64,000 nucleotides of DNA from Phoronis australis (lineage: Eukaryota > Animalia > Phoronida), in assembly GCA_002633005.1 (NCBI GenBank), contig NMRA01000668.1, positions 1-64,000 of the forward strand. Direction: 5' to 3'. The first letter of the stretch is position 1, and each line of letters starts with the position of its first letter. Shown here one piece after another: positions 13,546-26,900 of this stretch. Below the pieces are notes generated by a model, which was not told the DNA's origin, did no database searches, and worked only from the letters and a program-made list of their open reading frames with translations. The position numbers and the translations under genes are program-made.

Positions 13546-16500
13546 TATGTTCGTCTAAGCAGAAACCTAACAACCTGTCCAGATAAGTTCTTGATCACAG
13601 CAGTTAACTTGAACGTTTATGGCTTTTTGATGTTGATCTTGTAATACATTATGGATAATAGGCCTGCGCGCACTAGTGGCTTCTATCGTTGTCGGTCTGC
13701 AGGCATGACGTGGCTTGAATCACGTCTTTATACAGTTTTGAATGTACGTTGTGACCGCGAAACAGTCACCTGCTACAGTATACTTCAGTTACTAAAAATA
13801 CAATTGCAAATAATGCGTACCTCAATCGACTTAGCCAAAGGAACAACTGATGATCCGAACTATATGGTCAATCATCACTCCTCAAGGAGCAAATGCTGTT
13901 CCACTGAGAGAATTATTCTTAGCCTCTGAAGTCTTCGACAACATTATGAATATAAGTTGAAATGTAGTACTATGACCACTCTGGCTTTTTCGATCGACAA
14001 CGCAACTACAGGGCCGTGGGAAGCGGGCGTCAGGGTGACAACCGACATAGGCGTGGCCCGGGGCCAAGGACAGTCGAGAAAAGATAGACTATGAAACATG
14101 GAGATGAGAGAAACGTCAAAAGAACATTTGACAACTCAATATCAGTACATGGTTTTTCCTGGTGGCTCTGTCGTCAATAAAATGACTCAGTAGAAAAAGG
14201 TCAGAACACTTTTCTCCTGAGAAAAAGGTTTCCTCACAGAACTGATTACAGAACAAATTGATGTCGCAGAAGGAGAGCAACAAAAGTGGCGGGTGCCAAG
14301 TCAACGGAAGCAACAGGCTTGGCGGGGACAGTGAGTTCAGACTGGGTAAACAGTTCCCGCAATCAGAAAAACGCATAAACAGTCAAAGGACTTTTGGAAA
14401 CTGAGTGGAACGAGGGAAGTTGTGTGGTCGTCCGAGGACATGAGATGACAGAAATAGTTTTATAAAGGTATTTTTGCGAGCGACGGAAACAACTCGACAA
14501 CTCAACGCGGGCTGCAACTTAAAGCCAATGACCTTACTAAATTAGCATATAGCTTGTTTTGCTCCATATGCGTAAAATACATTACTGTTTACCCCATTTT
14601 GAGTGTTTTGTTACAACAACAACGCGAAGTCCGTTGCATCCAATCTGCAAAATTTAAGCAATTCATTCTTTGGTGGGTAATTGATCACGTTACTCGAGAC
14701 ACGTTCGCGAACGTCGTTTTTTATGGAAGTACGGTTGCGCGATAGTCCTATTCTTACACGTTGTCTTGGCGAATTCAATTAATGAAAATACTCCCGACGC
14801 CTATCCAGAATCAAGAATACATATCCTCCTCATTACGTGTGTCCTTAGTCTCGCTGACCATGGACAGACATGAAGCCATTGACTAGCCGGCTGAATGAAA
14901 TACGCCCTCTGTATTCCCTTCATTGTCTATACTCTTTTACTATTTTATCTTCTCCAATTAGTCCATTTTTAACATTCATAGCGAGAGTAAATTTAACGAC
15001 GTCGAAGCCTTTTAGTGTACTAAATTGAAAATGAATAGCAGTGCTGAACTTATTTTCATTGAATTATCCTAATTTAAGAAGCGTCTACATTTATTTTCAT
15101 TAAAATACTAGGGCCCAGCTTTCATATTATTAGAAACTGTCATAAATAAAGGAGGACCTTATAATAAACATGAGGAAGTAAGAAAAATGTCATAAACGAG
15201 TAAACAAAGTGATTAAACAAAGTACACAAGTGGTGAGAAGATTAAAGGAATCAATCCCCTGGGTCCCATCTCGATGCACCACAGCAAGATGTTTTCAAGA
15301 ATTAATGTTTCGTAAAATGCCCGGTAACTGCATGGAAGAGAAAACAAAAATACAGCACGGTGAATTTGAACTATCGCTAGCTACTGTCAAACCACTCGCC
15401 GGTCTCTAATCTTTCAGTTGTACTCGAAACGAACTCGAAATTGTATTTGTCAATTTCTCTGCTCCTTTACTCGAACTCAATATAAGTGGTCATCAGACTG
15501 TGCTCGAATACAGTTATATAGTTTATGCCCATGAGTTTCTAGTGCAAGTTTGCATTTGAAGACCCTTATATTCATGCTACAAACTCACAGCACAAATATG
15601 CAGTAGTTTAAAGGGAATAAAGTGGAGTCGCTATTTGGGACTGATTCACTGGACCCCAGCATCCGTGCCTGATGGTATCTGAAATGGGTAGCGAAAATGG
15701 GGTGGGTTGTGTTGAATGAAACTGGATTCAAGAGGGATAGGGGGTTGAAAACCAGGGACGAATGGAATTCCAGTGCATTCCAATAAACCTGCCTTATATT
15801 CCCATAGCCAAGACGCCTTTAATTGGATACACAGTCCATTCAGGGTAGTTTTTATGACGATGCGTTCCACCTCTCGTAAAACATTCACATTTTTTTAAAT
15901 CAACGAACAGCACTTAGTTAAGACATATTCAGCCTACACCGGCAGCTAAAAGTGGCCAATTTCAAAGTAAATAACATAAGGACGCCTTATATTCTGACTT
16001 GATGTTTTAAGACCCGTGTCAAAACAAAAATCTAAAGAAACGACATCGTCACTGAGTGTGACGGGTTTTCCAACGTACTACATACTACCGAAGTACCGAC
16101 CGATGTAAGACTTAATGTGCTTTTAAAAGAACACTTCCTTCGACACTTCTTAAGGGAAATTATCAAGCGGGGTTACCAAACCCATACAATTAATATTTAT
16201 TATGCACTGAAGTCCATATCATGATTACATAATATAAATTATTGCCCAACGATGACCAGATTGTTAACTGTTGTATGGAATCACTGTATGGAAGTATTTT
16301 AGATAAGTAATAGCGAATTAATAAAAACAATGAATAAATAAATAAAAATAAATAATAATAAATACAGAACGATAAAACAATTGTATGATAATATAACAAT
16401 AATAAAATTAGTAAATAAAATATAGTAATAGTAAATATTATAATCTTTTAGATCTGAATGTATTAAGATTGCAGAAAGAAATGAAAGAAAGTAATTAATG

Positions 16501-16596
16501 GGCATAGAATAAACTAACCAATAGTTCCCTAACTCATGCAAACAATTAACGATTATTTTCTATATAAGCGACCAAAGGCAGGGAACAGTAAAGACA

Positions 16597-17319
16597 TTAA
16601 AAGGGGACTGTAGTCAAAATAATGTTGCAGTTAATCGGTTCTAACATACAAATAAAACTCACATTTGCCTGACTTGCGTGCCAAACTAAAGCCAATTCGA
16701 ATTCATGGTCAAAACACTGAATTCTGAAAGCGATCGCTGATTGGCTGATGTGTCAGTGACGTGAACGGCGGGGTATCGGCTGTTTTACACATTCATTGCT
16801 TATGTCATATTTGAAGAGTTTACATCGTAATTTATCATTGTATCAATCGTCCTTATTTTTTTATTTTTTATTGTTTGCCACAGTGCTGTAAAAGGTTCGC
16901 TCTGCCTTTTTGTATGGCACCTGGTTTCTCAAACTCTTCGAAAAAGGCGTCTTCTAAAGGGATGGTAATCACATACCATCGCCGGGTTACCCAAGCCTTG
17001 GCCCAAAGCTCAGTGTAGATATGGGCCTACAGGTTTTAGCCGATATGGGTAAAAAATGTACAAATAAAATCTGACTCAAATAAATGTCCTTAAAACTAAG
17101 TCATCCTTGAGTAAACCTAGGAACCAGGTTCCTAGAGTAAACTAACTTCTGTATTTACCGCTATTTANGAGACTAAGCAGCGCTCCAAGCCGGTAATTTT
17201 TTTAGCTTCTTTAGAGAATATAAGTTTAATTTTTGGTGTTGAATTATTTGTGAAATTAATCAACAATTCATAGAAAACTATCCAGAATATATTCAGAATA
17301 AATTACAGTTCCCTTTTAA
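16597..17319. mobile_element. Non-autonomous TTAA-flanked DNA transposon (Kolobok-like) about 0.5 kb upstream of the PXK ATG
   Basis: TTAA|aaggggactgta ... tacagttccctt|TTAA, an 11/12 TIR match; contains the N at 17169. Confidence 0.6.
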
Positions 17320-17829
17320 GTTTAAATCACCCGGTCCATCACTGGTTGACTGGCAGCAGTTTCACACAAAAACATTCTTTGTTTCAATCGTGAACATCAT
17401 CTATTTTAATCAGTGGGGAAGTAAAAAAGTCAGGAATTTTCAATTAACTGTTGCTGCAGAAGCAGGTATTGCAAAAAGCACCGTTGCTTTTTACCGACTG
17501 GTGCCGTCATATCTTGCCATATTTCTTTATTGCACACACGTCCGCTAGAGCCAGAGGTCAGAGTTCAACGATGGAGAGAGACCGAGCTTCATTTATTTCA
17601 TTGGAGAGACCCCTGTTGGAGACTGTCTCACGTGGTGTTTTAAACTCTCTAATTAATGACAAGAAAAAAATATATTCAGTAAGCCACACATTGACTCTAT
17701 TAGTCTTGTCATTCTTAATTTTTCATTGTTCTCTTTTGCACTATGAGTTTAACTTAGTAACGCAATGACTGTACTTTGTAATGTAATAGATTAGGCGAGA
17801 GTAAATAAGAGCTTCCGCCCCCTTCAAAC

Positions 17830-17931
17830 ATGGCTGTTTTTGAGAAAAACAAATCGTCCAAAGTCTTGTTAGACGACACTGTACCGCTGTCGTGTTTTAT
17901 AGAAACGTCACAGAATGTCAAAGATCACGTT
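17830..17931 (+). CDS. PXK: PXK exon 1 (MAVFEKNKSSKVLLDDTVPLSCFIETSQNVKDHV)
   Basis: ATG in aaacATGG context; conserved PXK N-terminus; gtaagt donor at 17932. Confidence 0.93.
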
Positions 17932-20900
17932 GTAAGTTTCAGAAGCTATTCATTTATTATTGACGATCTTAGTTATTATCAATTAATTAGTAGACACTTT
18001 TCATGTTTGTATTTTCCAGGAAATTATTGCCAACCACCTGGCCTACGGCTACGTCAGTGCATGTTTTCGCTAGGCCTATTAATCAGAGACTTGTGTTGTC
18101 AAGTAACTGTCACAAAAGACATTTTGAGTGTTCCTAACTTCTATCCTATAACATCGAATGAAGCATGCATACAGACTATAGTATGAACTGAGTTATAATA
18201 AACTCACACCATGACTCTGGAGCCAAGAAACAGGATTTCAACATATCCGTGACCATGAATCTTTTGAGGTTCCGTCACCAGGTACCATTTTTAGGAAGTT
18301 TCATGAAATCACGATTATTTCATGAAAAAAAGGCCAAGGGATTCAAATCTCCAGATATCCTCCCATGCTACTTTTTGCAAACTGTATGAACCACCAGGTC
18401 ACATGCTCTGCTCTTTAGCCTCATGTTGTGGCCTAATACGCGTGACGTCAATTGATCAACTTGTGGTGATACATGCGGCAAAAAAGTTAACAACATCCAA
18501 AAAATGAAGTTTGAATTCTTTGCCAAAGTTATCTTAATTTCATAGACATGTTTCATTGAGGATAGGCGTAGAACTAGAGATGATCGCTGAAGAAAGTAAA
18601 CATGTTATTTTTAACTGTAAAATGTATTTTTTGACGAGGTGAAAACCTCATATTCGGTGACTATGTTTAGTACATATAGGGAGGGCTCTAGCCTCTCCCC
18701 GGTCACCTGGGGGATAGGAGTTGCCAAGTGATTTCATTGCTTAGTGAGTATCCTTTGCTGCTACTTTTTGCAATAAATATCATTCACACCTATTTTGATT
18801 TTCATGAGTTCAACTATGCCAATTTGTCCTGTTGAACAAGCAGCCTTGCCCTGATTTTGTCCGGACCTACAAAGTGGCTGTTGTGTGCTGTCGGACTATC
18901 GTTAATGTTGAGCTCTGTATGTAATAGCAAGTTCGCATAATTTGACACGGATTGCAATTCAGTTCTAAGACTGTTTTTCAATAAAGAAATCTGGTTCACA
19001 AAATAGATGACCCCTGTAAGTGACTTTTATCACAATTTCTTTTCAACGGGTTTGAGCTTTCAATGACTGGCAAAACCTGATTTGTCTTTTCTTTCACTGT
19101 GTTCAGGAAATGGGTTCTGAATAGAAGTACCAAAGGGGTCTAAGACAGTCTTTGAGGAAATTTGTTACACAACAATGTCCGATTCAAGTGCTTTCTGGCA
19201 TTGATAGCTTTTATTGCCCTTCAGAATGTCCAGTGCTATGCCAGAGCATTGCACATTCCAATTTGCACAACCCATTACATCCGGCTCAAACTAACAAACA
19301 CAGCTGAAAGTCCATCTGCAGTTAAACTGTAGTTTACTTTCTTAGTTTCTGCTGTGACTTTGTGCAAAGACATCTAAAAAGCATGGTTGGTCTTGAAATG
19401 AGTAAGAAACAAATATTCAATGTTTATTTTGTTGTTGTTGTACACAAGACCTCTGGCCCATATACACAATCTTATACATTACAAAATGTACATGTCTACA
19501 TCATCTCTTCTATCAGGTGCTAGCAAGAGGACAGGATCATTCCTTACCACCCCCCCCCCCAATGCGCCAGTGTCTTTATTCTGTTACTGCTACACAACAA
19601 TTTTCCAGCTGTTGTTTAGTTAGGTGGACATAAAAATCTTCCTTATTTCATTAGATGTTACTTCATTTCCTCTTCTAAAATCTATCCGATTTGTCTGTTG
19701 GCTTTGCTTGCCTCTCTCCAAAAAAAATTCATCAACTTCATGACTTTCTCAAATTTCCTGTTTCTAGGAATATACAATTAGAGTTCAAAGAGGACTTGTC
19801 CCGTCCGCAGAATCACAGTGGTTATTGCAGAAAAGGTATTCAGATTTTGCCCTCCTGGATGCCAACCTCAAGATTGCCGGCTATGATCTTCAACTTCCAC
19901 CAAAGAAGGTGTTTGGAAATTTCGATAGAGAATTTGTTGCTGAACGAAAACAGGCTTTACAGGTAACAACAATTCGGGGCGTGATCGATGTAGCTCGTGG
20001 CAAGCATGAACAAGCTGTGTGTGTTGTGCTATCATTGACTTGAAATCATTCCTGCATTGAATTGATCTGAACAGGCCATGCATTGATTAAATGGTGATAG
20101 AACTCTCCTTTGTCCTGGAGATAAGAAAGCGCGTCATCTCGTTTTGGAAATGGGGCACATTTTCACATCTCTCATTGATGTTGGGTATTTGTCTCGAGTT
20201 AATGAAACTTTCTCACTTCGGAGTTGCAGCCAACAGCACAACAGTAATACTTAATTAGCATTGGAAGGATAAATAAGAGTAACGCAACCGAGAAAACTTT
20301 TATAAAGAATCAGGTAGCAACAAATAACATGTGAAACCCCAATGGCGCGAAAATGAGGCAGCAAATGTGCCTGAGAGATGTTTGTAACATTGTGGGTAAA
20401 TACAGTGAGATTCAAGTCTCGCCTTGTAGTTCGGGAAGGCCCTATTTGTGTAAGGTGTCTGTACAGTTCCTGATTGTATTGATTTCCTTATTGTGGAAGT
20501 TACGTGGATTGGTTTGCTAAATAGGTCTCGTATGATTAATTTCACATTTAAAAAAGATTGCGTACAAAAAATAAAACACTGCATACTTCTTTATTTATTA
20601 CTTCGTACATAATTACGATTAAATAATTCATTTAGTTAGCGGACAATCGGTCTGGCAGTTAAAATTCTATCTTTCCAAATTTCTCCACAAAAATAAAATT
20701 AAAGAAATTTTAGTCTAATTTTAGCTTTGTTTGTGCCTTGTAGATGTCATAAAACTACTTTAAATGGTAAAGTATCCATCACTTGCACATGGTAATCATC
20801 TCTAGGTACATGCATAATGACAATTGGCCGTACATCTACTACAAAAGAATGTTCACCAGCATAGTATAGGTGCATAGTTCGCTTACTGGTATCAAAGTGT

Positions 20901-23900
20901 TGCTATTGAGAGGCAGACATCGATGTTGAATTACAAGTAAAAGTCATCTATTGAGGGGATACAATCTGTTCCCTGATAGGAGGGCTAGCCTCCTTGCTCA
21001 TTTCCTAGGCATTTTTTGGCCAATCATGAGACAGAATAGTTTGGATCCTTTACTCACTTCTAGGAACAAAACTTGTCGGGTGTAATGTACTGGCAGTTAT
21101 TTTTTGTCTCCATAAAAATATAAGTGACCTTAAAATCAAATTTAGTGAGCTATGAGGTATATTTTCCCAAGCCTTGAAGTGCTTTACATTATCAAACAAT
21201 GCTAAGGATTGCAGAGAAACTGTAGAAAGCTAATTATTTGATAAGCACCTATTAAAGTTACCCGTTATTGATTTCCAGTGTTTAGCATTACCCCATTCTT
21301 CAAATGAATGCACTATTGTGTTGCAAGTTTTGATGTATAGTAATGTTATTCTTCTGATTTTACATTTTAGGCCTTCATCAATGGAATATTGAACAATCTC
21401 ATGTTGGCTTCATCAATTTATACAAAAAGGTTTCTTGACAGCGTCAATTATGCTGCTAACTTACAAGGTATCGATTTATATTTCACTGAGAAGGAATTGA
21501 ACATTAGTGTATTGCACTGGCGCCATTTTAAGTTTACGTTTCTATCATAGTACGCTATTTTTTCAGCCATAAAATCTTTTGCAGCTGCAGTACCTTGTTC
21601 TTTTCAGTGTATTTTAAATGTGATTTTTAGTTTTAATCTGCACTCAAACTTTGAACATGCAAATGCGGCCTGCTGGGTCCAAGCATGACAAAAAGCCTGG
21701 TTTTCAGTAAATCTCCCAACAGTTGTCAGTAAGAATAAGGTAGAAACCAACTTTTTCCACAGAAACGTTCCCCTGTCCCTGACAATTTCATTTCCGTCTC
21801 TTTTCAGAAATAGCTCTTCAGCAAGTGTCCATGTTCTTTCGTTCTGAGACCCAGTGGGAGGTCATAGAGTCCTTGCCAGACATTGGTTGGAGACTACGCA
21901 AAAGTTATTTTCTTGTTCGTTCCAAACACGAGCCAAAAACAAAATACGTGCTGTCGTGGGTAGGTGATTTAAGAACTGATGTGTATATTGTGAAGTACCA
22001 TCATGATTTTTCGCAAATGTTGAGTCTTAGCATTGGTATCAAGTTAATGAATGTTTAAATCAAAAGTACGTTTTACTATGAATTGTTTTTCAACAGAGTG
22101 ATTTTGGCCCAGACAAGTTCATACCTGATAAAGACCTGAGTGCCATTATGAAGCTTATTCCGTCTTTCCAGGTAAGTTTGAATGAAATTATTTTAATGGC
22201 TTTTAATATAAATTATTCAAAATCAATTAGACTTCCACAGAACTCTACCAGACTCTGCTAAACTTGGATAAGATAAACAGCTTGTCAAAATTATTTGTCA
22301 GTTACTTTTGTCGTAATGAAATGACATTTTTTGTCGAACTTCGTTGTCTGTGTTTAATAAGACTTTAGTACTACACCTAGTTGCTAATTGTTTGTTTAAT
22401 GCAGCAGACTTGCCCGGTAACTTGTCATGATTTTAACAGCATTGACGAAGCAAAACCTCGAGCTTCTGTCACTAGACGTTTTGTCGAAATTGAAGATTTT
22501 GTGGAAAATAATATGATATTTAGTCGCTGTTTTGTGTGCCGAAACGTCAAATCTCGAAGTTATTCAGTTCATTTCTAAGACTACCTGCAGTGCATACCAT
22601 AGGTTGGAGAGCCAGAGTATTTTTTGACAGCTACCAATTGAATTCTACTGTGATTATGTCAGAAAAATTATTAATCTATTAAGTTTAACTCTAGAAATAA
22701 AATTGCAAGTGAATAAGCGGATGAAGTCATATTTACCCTACTTAAATGAGGTCAAGACGTTTCGTTGACTTTACTTTTTCATCAGTGAAAACCACACTAT
22801 GACAAGGTGAACACTGTAGAACGATACAGCATTAGAATAGCAGTCACAAAATGAAAACGGACAGGAAACAGAAGCTTAAGGTTAGCATTTTCAGGCTACG
22901 TGTCATGCTGTTTAGTCAGCCCGCCAGGTGGATCTTTGTGCATTATAGTTTTATTATATTTTTTTTAATGTCTTGAAGCAACACCACCTCCTTTTAATGT
23001 TCAGTTTGAGTGTCCTGTTTCCGTTTTAATGTAGTTCATTTTGAATTACGTGTCTTCATTGTAGCATGACCATCTTTACCCGACTGTGTTAGGCTATTCC
23101 AATGAAGTGGGTGGCCTCACTATCAGGCCTTACATCGAGAGAGGGTCGCTAAGAGATTACATAAATAAGGTGAGTGATGGAACTTACTGTCAATAGTGTA
23201 TTGACACTCTGTTGAAGTGTGCTGTTGTTGATAGTTCAAAAGTTTTCAAAAATCTGTTCGTGTGGTTTGACATATGTTGTGAAAGTGCATTGTTTTCTAA
23301 AGTTTTTCATGGTTTTTATGTTGATTTAATGAATTCGATATCTGCTTTCTCTGAAGATAGTAGAGATGATTAGGTATTATATGGATGTAAGATTAAATGC
23401 GATTTTCTTCTTCTGTGTGTTAGGCAAAGCCAAGGAACTATTATTTAAAAAAGTATGGAAAACCTGATGTTAAAAAGACGACACGACTCGGTTTAGGAGA
23501 CATTAAATCCTTGGGGGCGCAGGTCCTAGAGACACTCAAATACCTCCATGAAAAGGGCATTCCGTACGGTACGTTCTGCTTATTTCATCCTTTCTTATTC
23601 GTCCACATGTAAAGTTGTGGCTGCATACTGCTTCCGTTCCTGTCCAGGCATCTGGTGTCTTGCTGCTTTATCTCCAAAATTACTCGGCGGATCTTCATGA
23701 AAGTTTGGAGATGCTTTCCTATGGTGCTGAAGACGAATGATGATTTTTGGACAGATCTGACTACCGCCATGCCCCCAGTGGCAATTTTAATTACTAACGT
23801 GACTGGATCACGCACAGGGTGAAAAAACAGCAGCAGCGTTAAAATTGGAACTTTATTTTTACATCAGACCTCAGTATAAGTCTAGATGAAGAAGAAGAAG

Positions 23901-26900
23901 AAGAAGTTCAATCTGAAAACAAACCAAAAATCACCATAAATACAAGAAGTAATAATCTCTGCATGACACAGCAAATAAACCAACGTAAGTAAGTAATATC
24001 CAAAACCTGTCATGAAAACCCTAAGCACAATTCAAACTCATATATCAAAGCCACAAACCCGCTAATCAAAAACCGGATGTAAATAAACAAACCACAGCGC
24101 CACACGGTGAACGGAAATAAACGTACTGCTAAGAGCGCCAACTGTCGAAAGAAATCTAAACTACACCTCTGAAAACACGTGTCTCTGAAACGAGAACCTT
24201 CACTGCCAAAGAATTACCCCTATTTTAAATATAAGAAGTCAGAAATTACAATATTACCTACACTGGAATACAACTAATAAGTCAACAAAAAAAACTTACT
24301 TTCTTGAACGCTGTAACACATATTTCAATTGANAGTTCATTTTGAATTACGTGTCTTCATTGTAGCATGACCATCTTTACCCGACTGTGTTAGGCTATTC
24401 CAATGAAGTGGGTGGCCTCACTATCAGGCCTTACATCGAGAGAGGGTCGCTAAGAGATTACATAAATAAGGTGAGTGATGGAACACTGTTTTGGCAGTAC
24501 TCAATAGGGTATTGACACTCAGTTGAAGTGTGCTGTTGTTGATAGTTCGAAAGTTTTCAAAAATCTGTTCGTGTGGTTTGACATATGTTGTGAAATGCAT
24601 TGTTTTCTAATGTTTTTCATGGTTTTTATGTTGATTTAATGAGTTCGATATCTGCATTCCCTGAAGATAGTAGTGATGATTAGGAATTATATTGATGTAA
24701 GATTAATGTGATTTTCTTCTTCTGTGTGTTAGGCAAAGCCAAGGAACTATTATTTAAAAAAGTATGGAAAACCTGATGTTAAAAAGACGACACGACTCAG
24801 TTTAGGAGACATTAAGTCCTTGGGGGTGCAGGTCTTAGAGACACTCAAATACCTCCATGAAAAGGGCATTCCATACGGTACGTTCTGCTTATTTCATCCT
24901 TTCTTATGCGTCCACATGTACAGTTGTGGCTGCATACTGCTTCCGTTCCTGTCCAGGCATCTGTTTTCTTGCTGCTTTATCTCCAAAATTACTCGACGGA
25001 TCTTCATGAAAGTTTGGAGATGCTTTCTTATGGTGCTGAAGATGAATGATGATTTTTGGACACATCTGACTACCGCCATGCCCCCAGTGGCAATTTTTAA
25101 TTACTAACGTTACTGTTTGCTTGGAGTTCTGTAATGGATTTTCATAAAATTGGGCCAATAAGTTTCTTTGAAGGAGATCCTGTGGCTGTCGCATTTAAAA
25201 CATTCTGCGTCACCTATTGGCCTCGTTTTTATTAACGCAAACCACTTGAAGGATCATAACAATTATGGACAGCTGTGCTCCTGTTGGGAAGACCAAGTCA
25301 TACGGCTGTGATTTTCAGACGAATACGACTATTTTGACACCATCTAGTGGCAATTTTTGTGTCTGTTTTTTCTTTAATCCCTCACAGGATCTCTGAGAAT
25401 GTTGGCACTTGTATTTCTATATGTGATAATGGAGGTCTACTACATTAGGACATAGATGACAGCTGGTGTGATCTGCCCCTCTTACTATATCTTCAGAGTT
25501 TCTTCACAGATTTTCATGTTTTGTCTGTGGCACATAGGTTTCTATTAAAGAGATGACGTTGCCTTAACGTCTTTTCATTTAATAGATAGATTCAACATAT
25601 TCTGCATCACCTGTGGGCAATTTGAATTATTTTTCCGGATGAGTCTATTCTTGGCATCAGCCATTCTGTTCACCAAACCCCTCGAAGGATCATTATGAAA
25701 TGAGGCTTATTATGTGTTTATAGTGTGAAGACCAGGGCTGACGTCGATGTTCTGATTGGTATGACTACTTTGGCACCCCTTAGTGGTATTTTTTGTGTCT
25801 ACAACTGAATCTCCTTGAATCTTTGCTAGATTTTTGTGAATTTTTGTGATAATAAATAACTATGACTTTTGGACGGATCTAATTCCATTGTTTCGTGTGC
25901 TTCTGTGTCTTTGAAGTTCTCAGATGTTTTAACATGAAGTTTGGTGACTAGTAGGCTTCTGTTATGGAAACAACAGTAAAAGATGTTCCATTTTCAGACA
26001 GATTCAACAAATTCTGCGACACCTATTGGCAGTTTTATTGTTTATTTTATCCATAACTCATTTTTGTTTGGATTTGATGGATTTTTGCACCACTTAGTGG
26101 GTGTTTTTATTTTTTTGGGAGCATTTTTTGTTCCTGATAAGAAGACCTTTATTTGCAGAGACAGATTTGTCAACTGTGGTGCCTCCTGGTGGCAATATTA
26201 GTCTGTTTTGCTTCCCCGGCTTTATCTCCTTAAGTCCTTTGAAGGATCTTTGCGAAATTTTGCAAGGATTTGTTTTATGTTTTAAATAAATGTAACTATG
26301 TCTGCCTGCGATTTTTGGACGCTTCTGACTAACGCTGTAATGTGTCAATTTTAGTTTACACATTACGATTGCATAATTCTGTATATTTAGAGCTCTTTAA
26401 CATCTTTTGTTGAAATGTTTCTGTTATGATGGCGTTAGCATCTATCCATTTTCGGATGACTTTGACAAGTTGTGCACCACCTAGTGTCCATTTTTGACTA
26501 TTAACACCTCGAGAAGCACACTGTTTCCATTGCTTTTGTGGGTGCATTTCAACGCTGTGCATTGCTCTTGTTTAACTTTTGCATCTTTGTCTGCAATGAA
26601 AGATGGCAGCTTTGAATTTATGACGGTGTTTCCATTACGCCATCTAGTGGCCATGTTTGTGATACACCCCCAGAAGCATACTGTTTGCTTTTCAGTCAGG
26701 TGCACATTTCAGTGCTTTGCATTGCTCTTGTTAAATTATTTGTAACAGGGTGGTGTTGTAACTCAATATCTGGTTAACAAGTGAACTTTCTTTTTTCGTT
26801 GACCATGGTGTACTTATTTAATCTCGTTATAGTTGATTTCATTTTCATTCAATGAATTGTACATTCTCAATAATGTGATACAAGTGTGAATCAATGCACA

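Noticed and set aside
24366-24877. Duplicated PXK exons 6-7 as real alternative exons
   Set aside because: Introns are also near-identical, the copy starts exactly at an N join, and tandem inclusion frameshifts; best explained as an uncollapsed allele.
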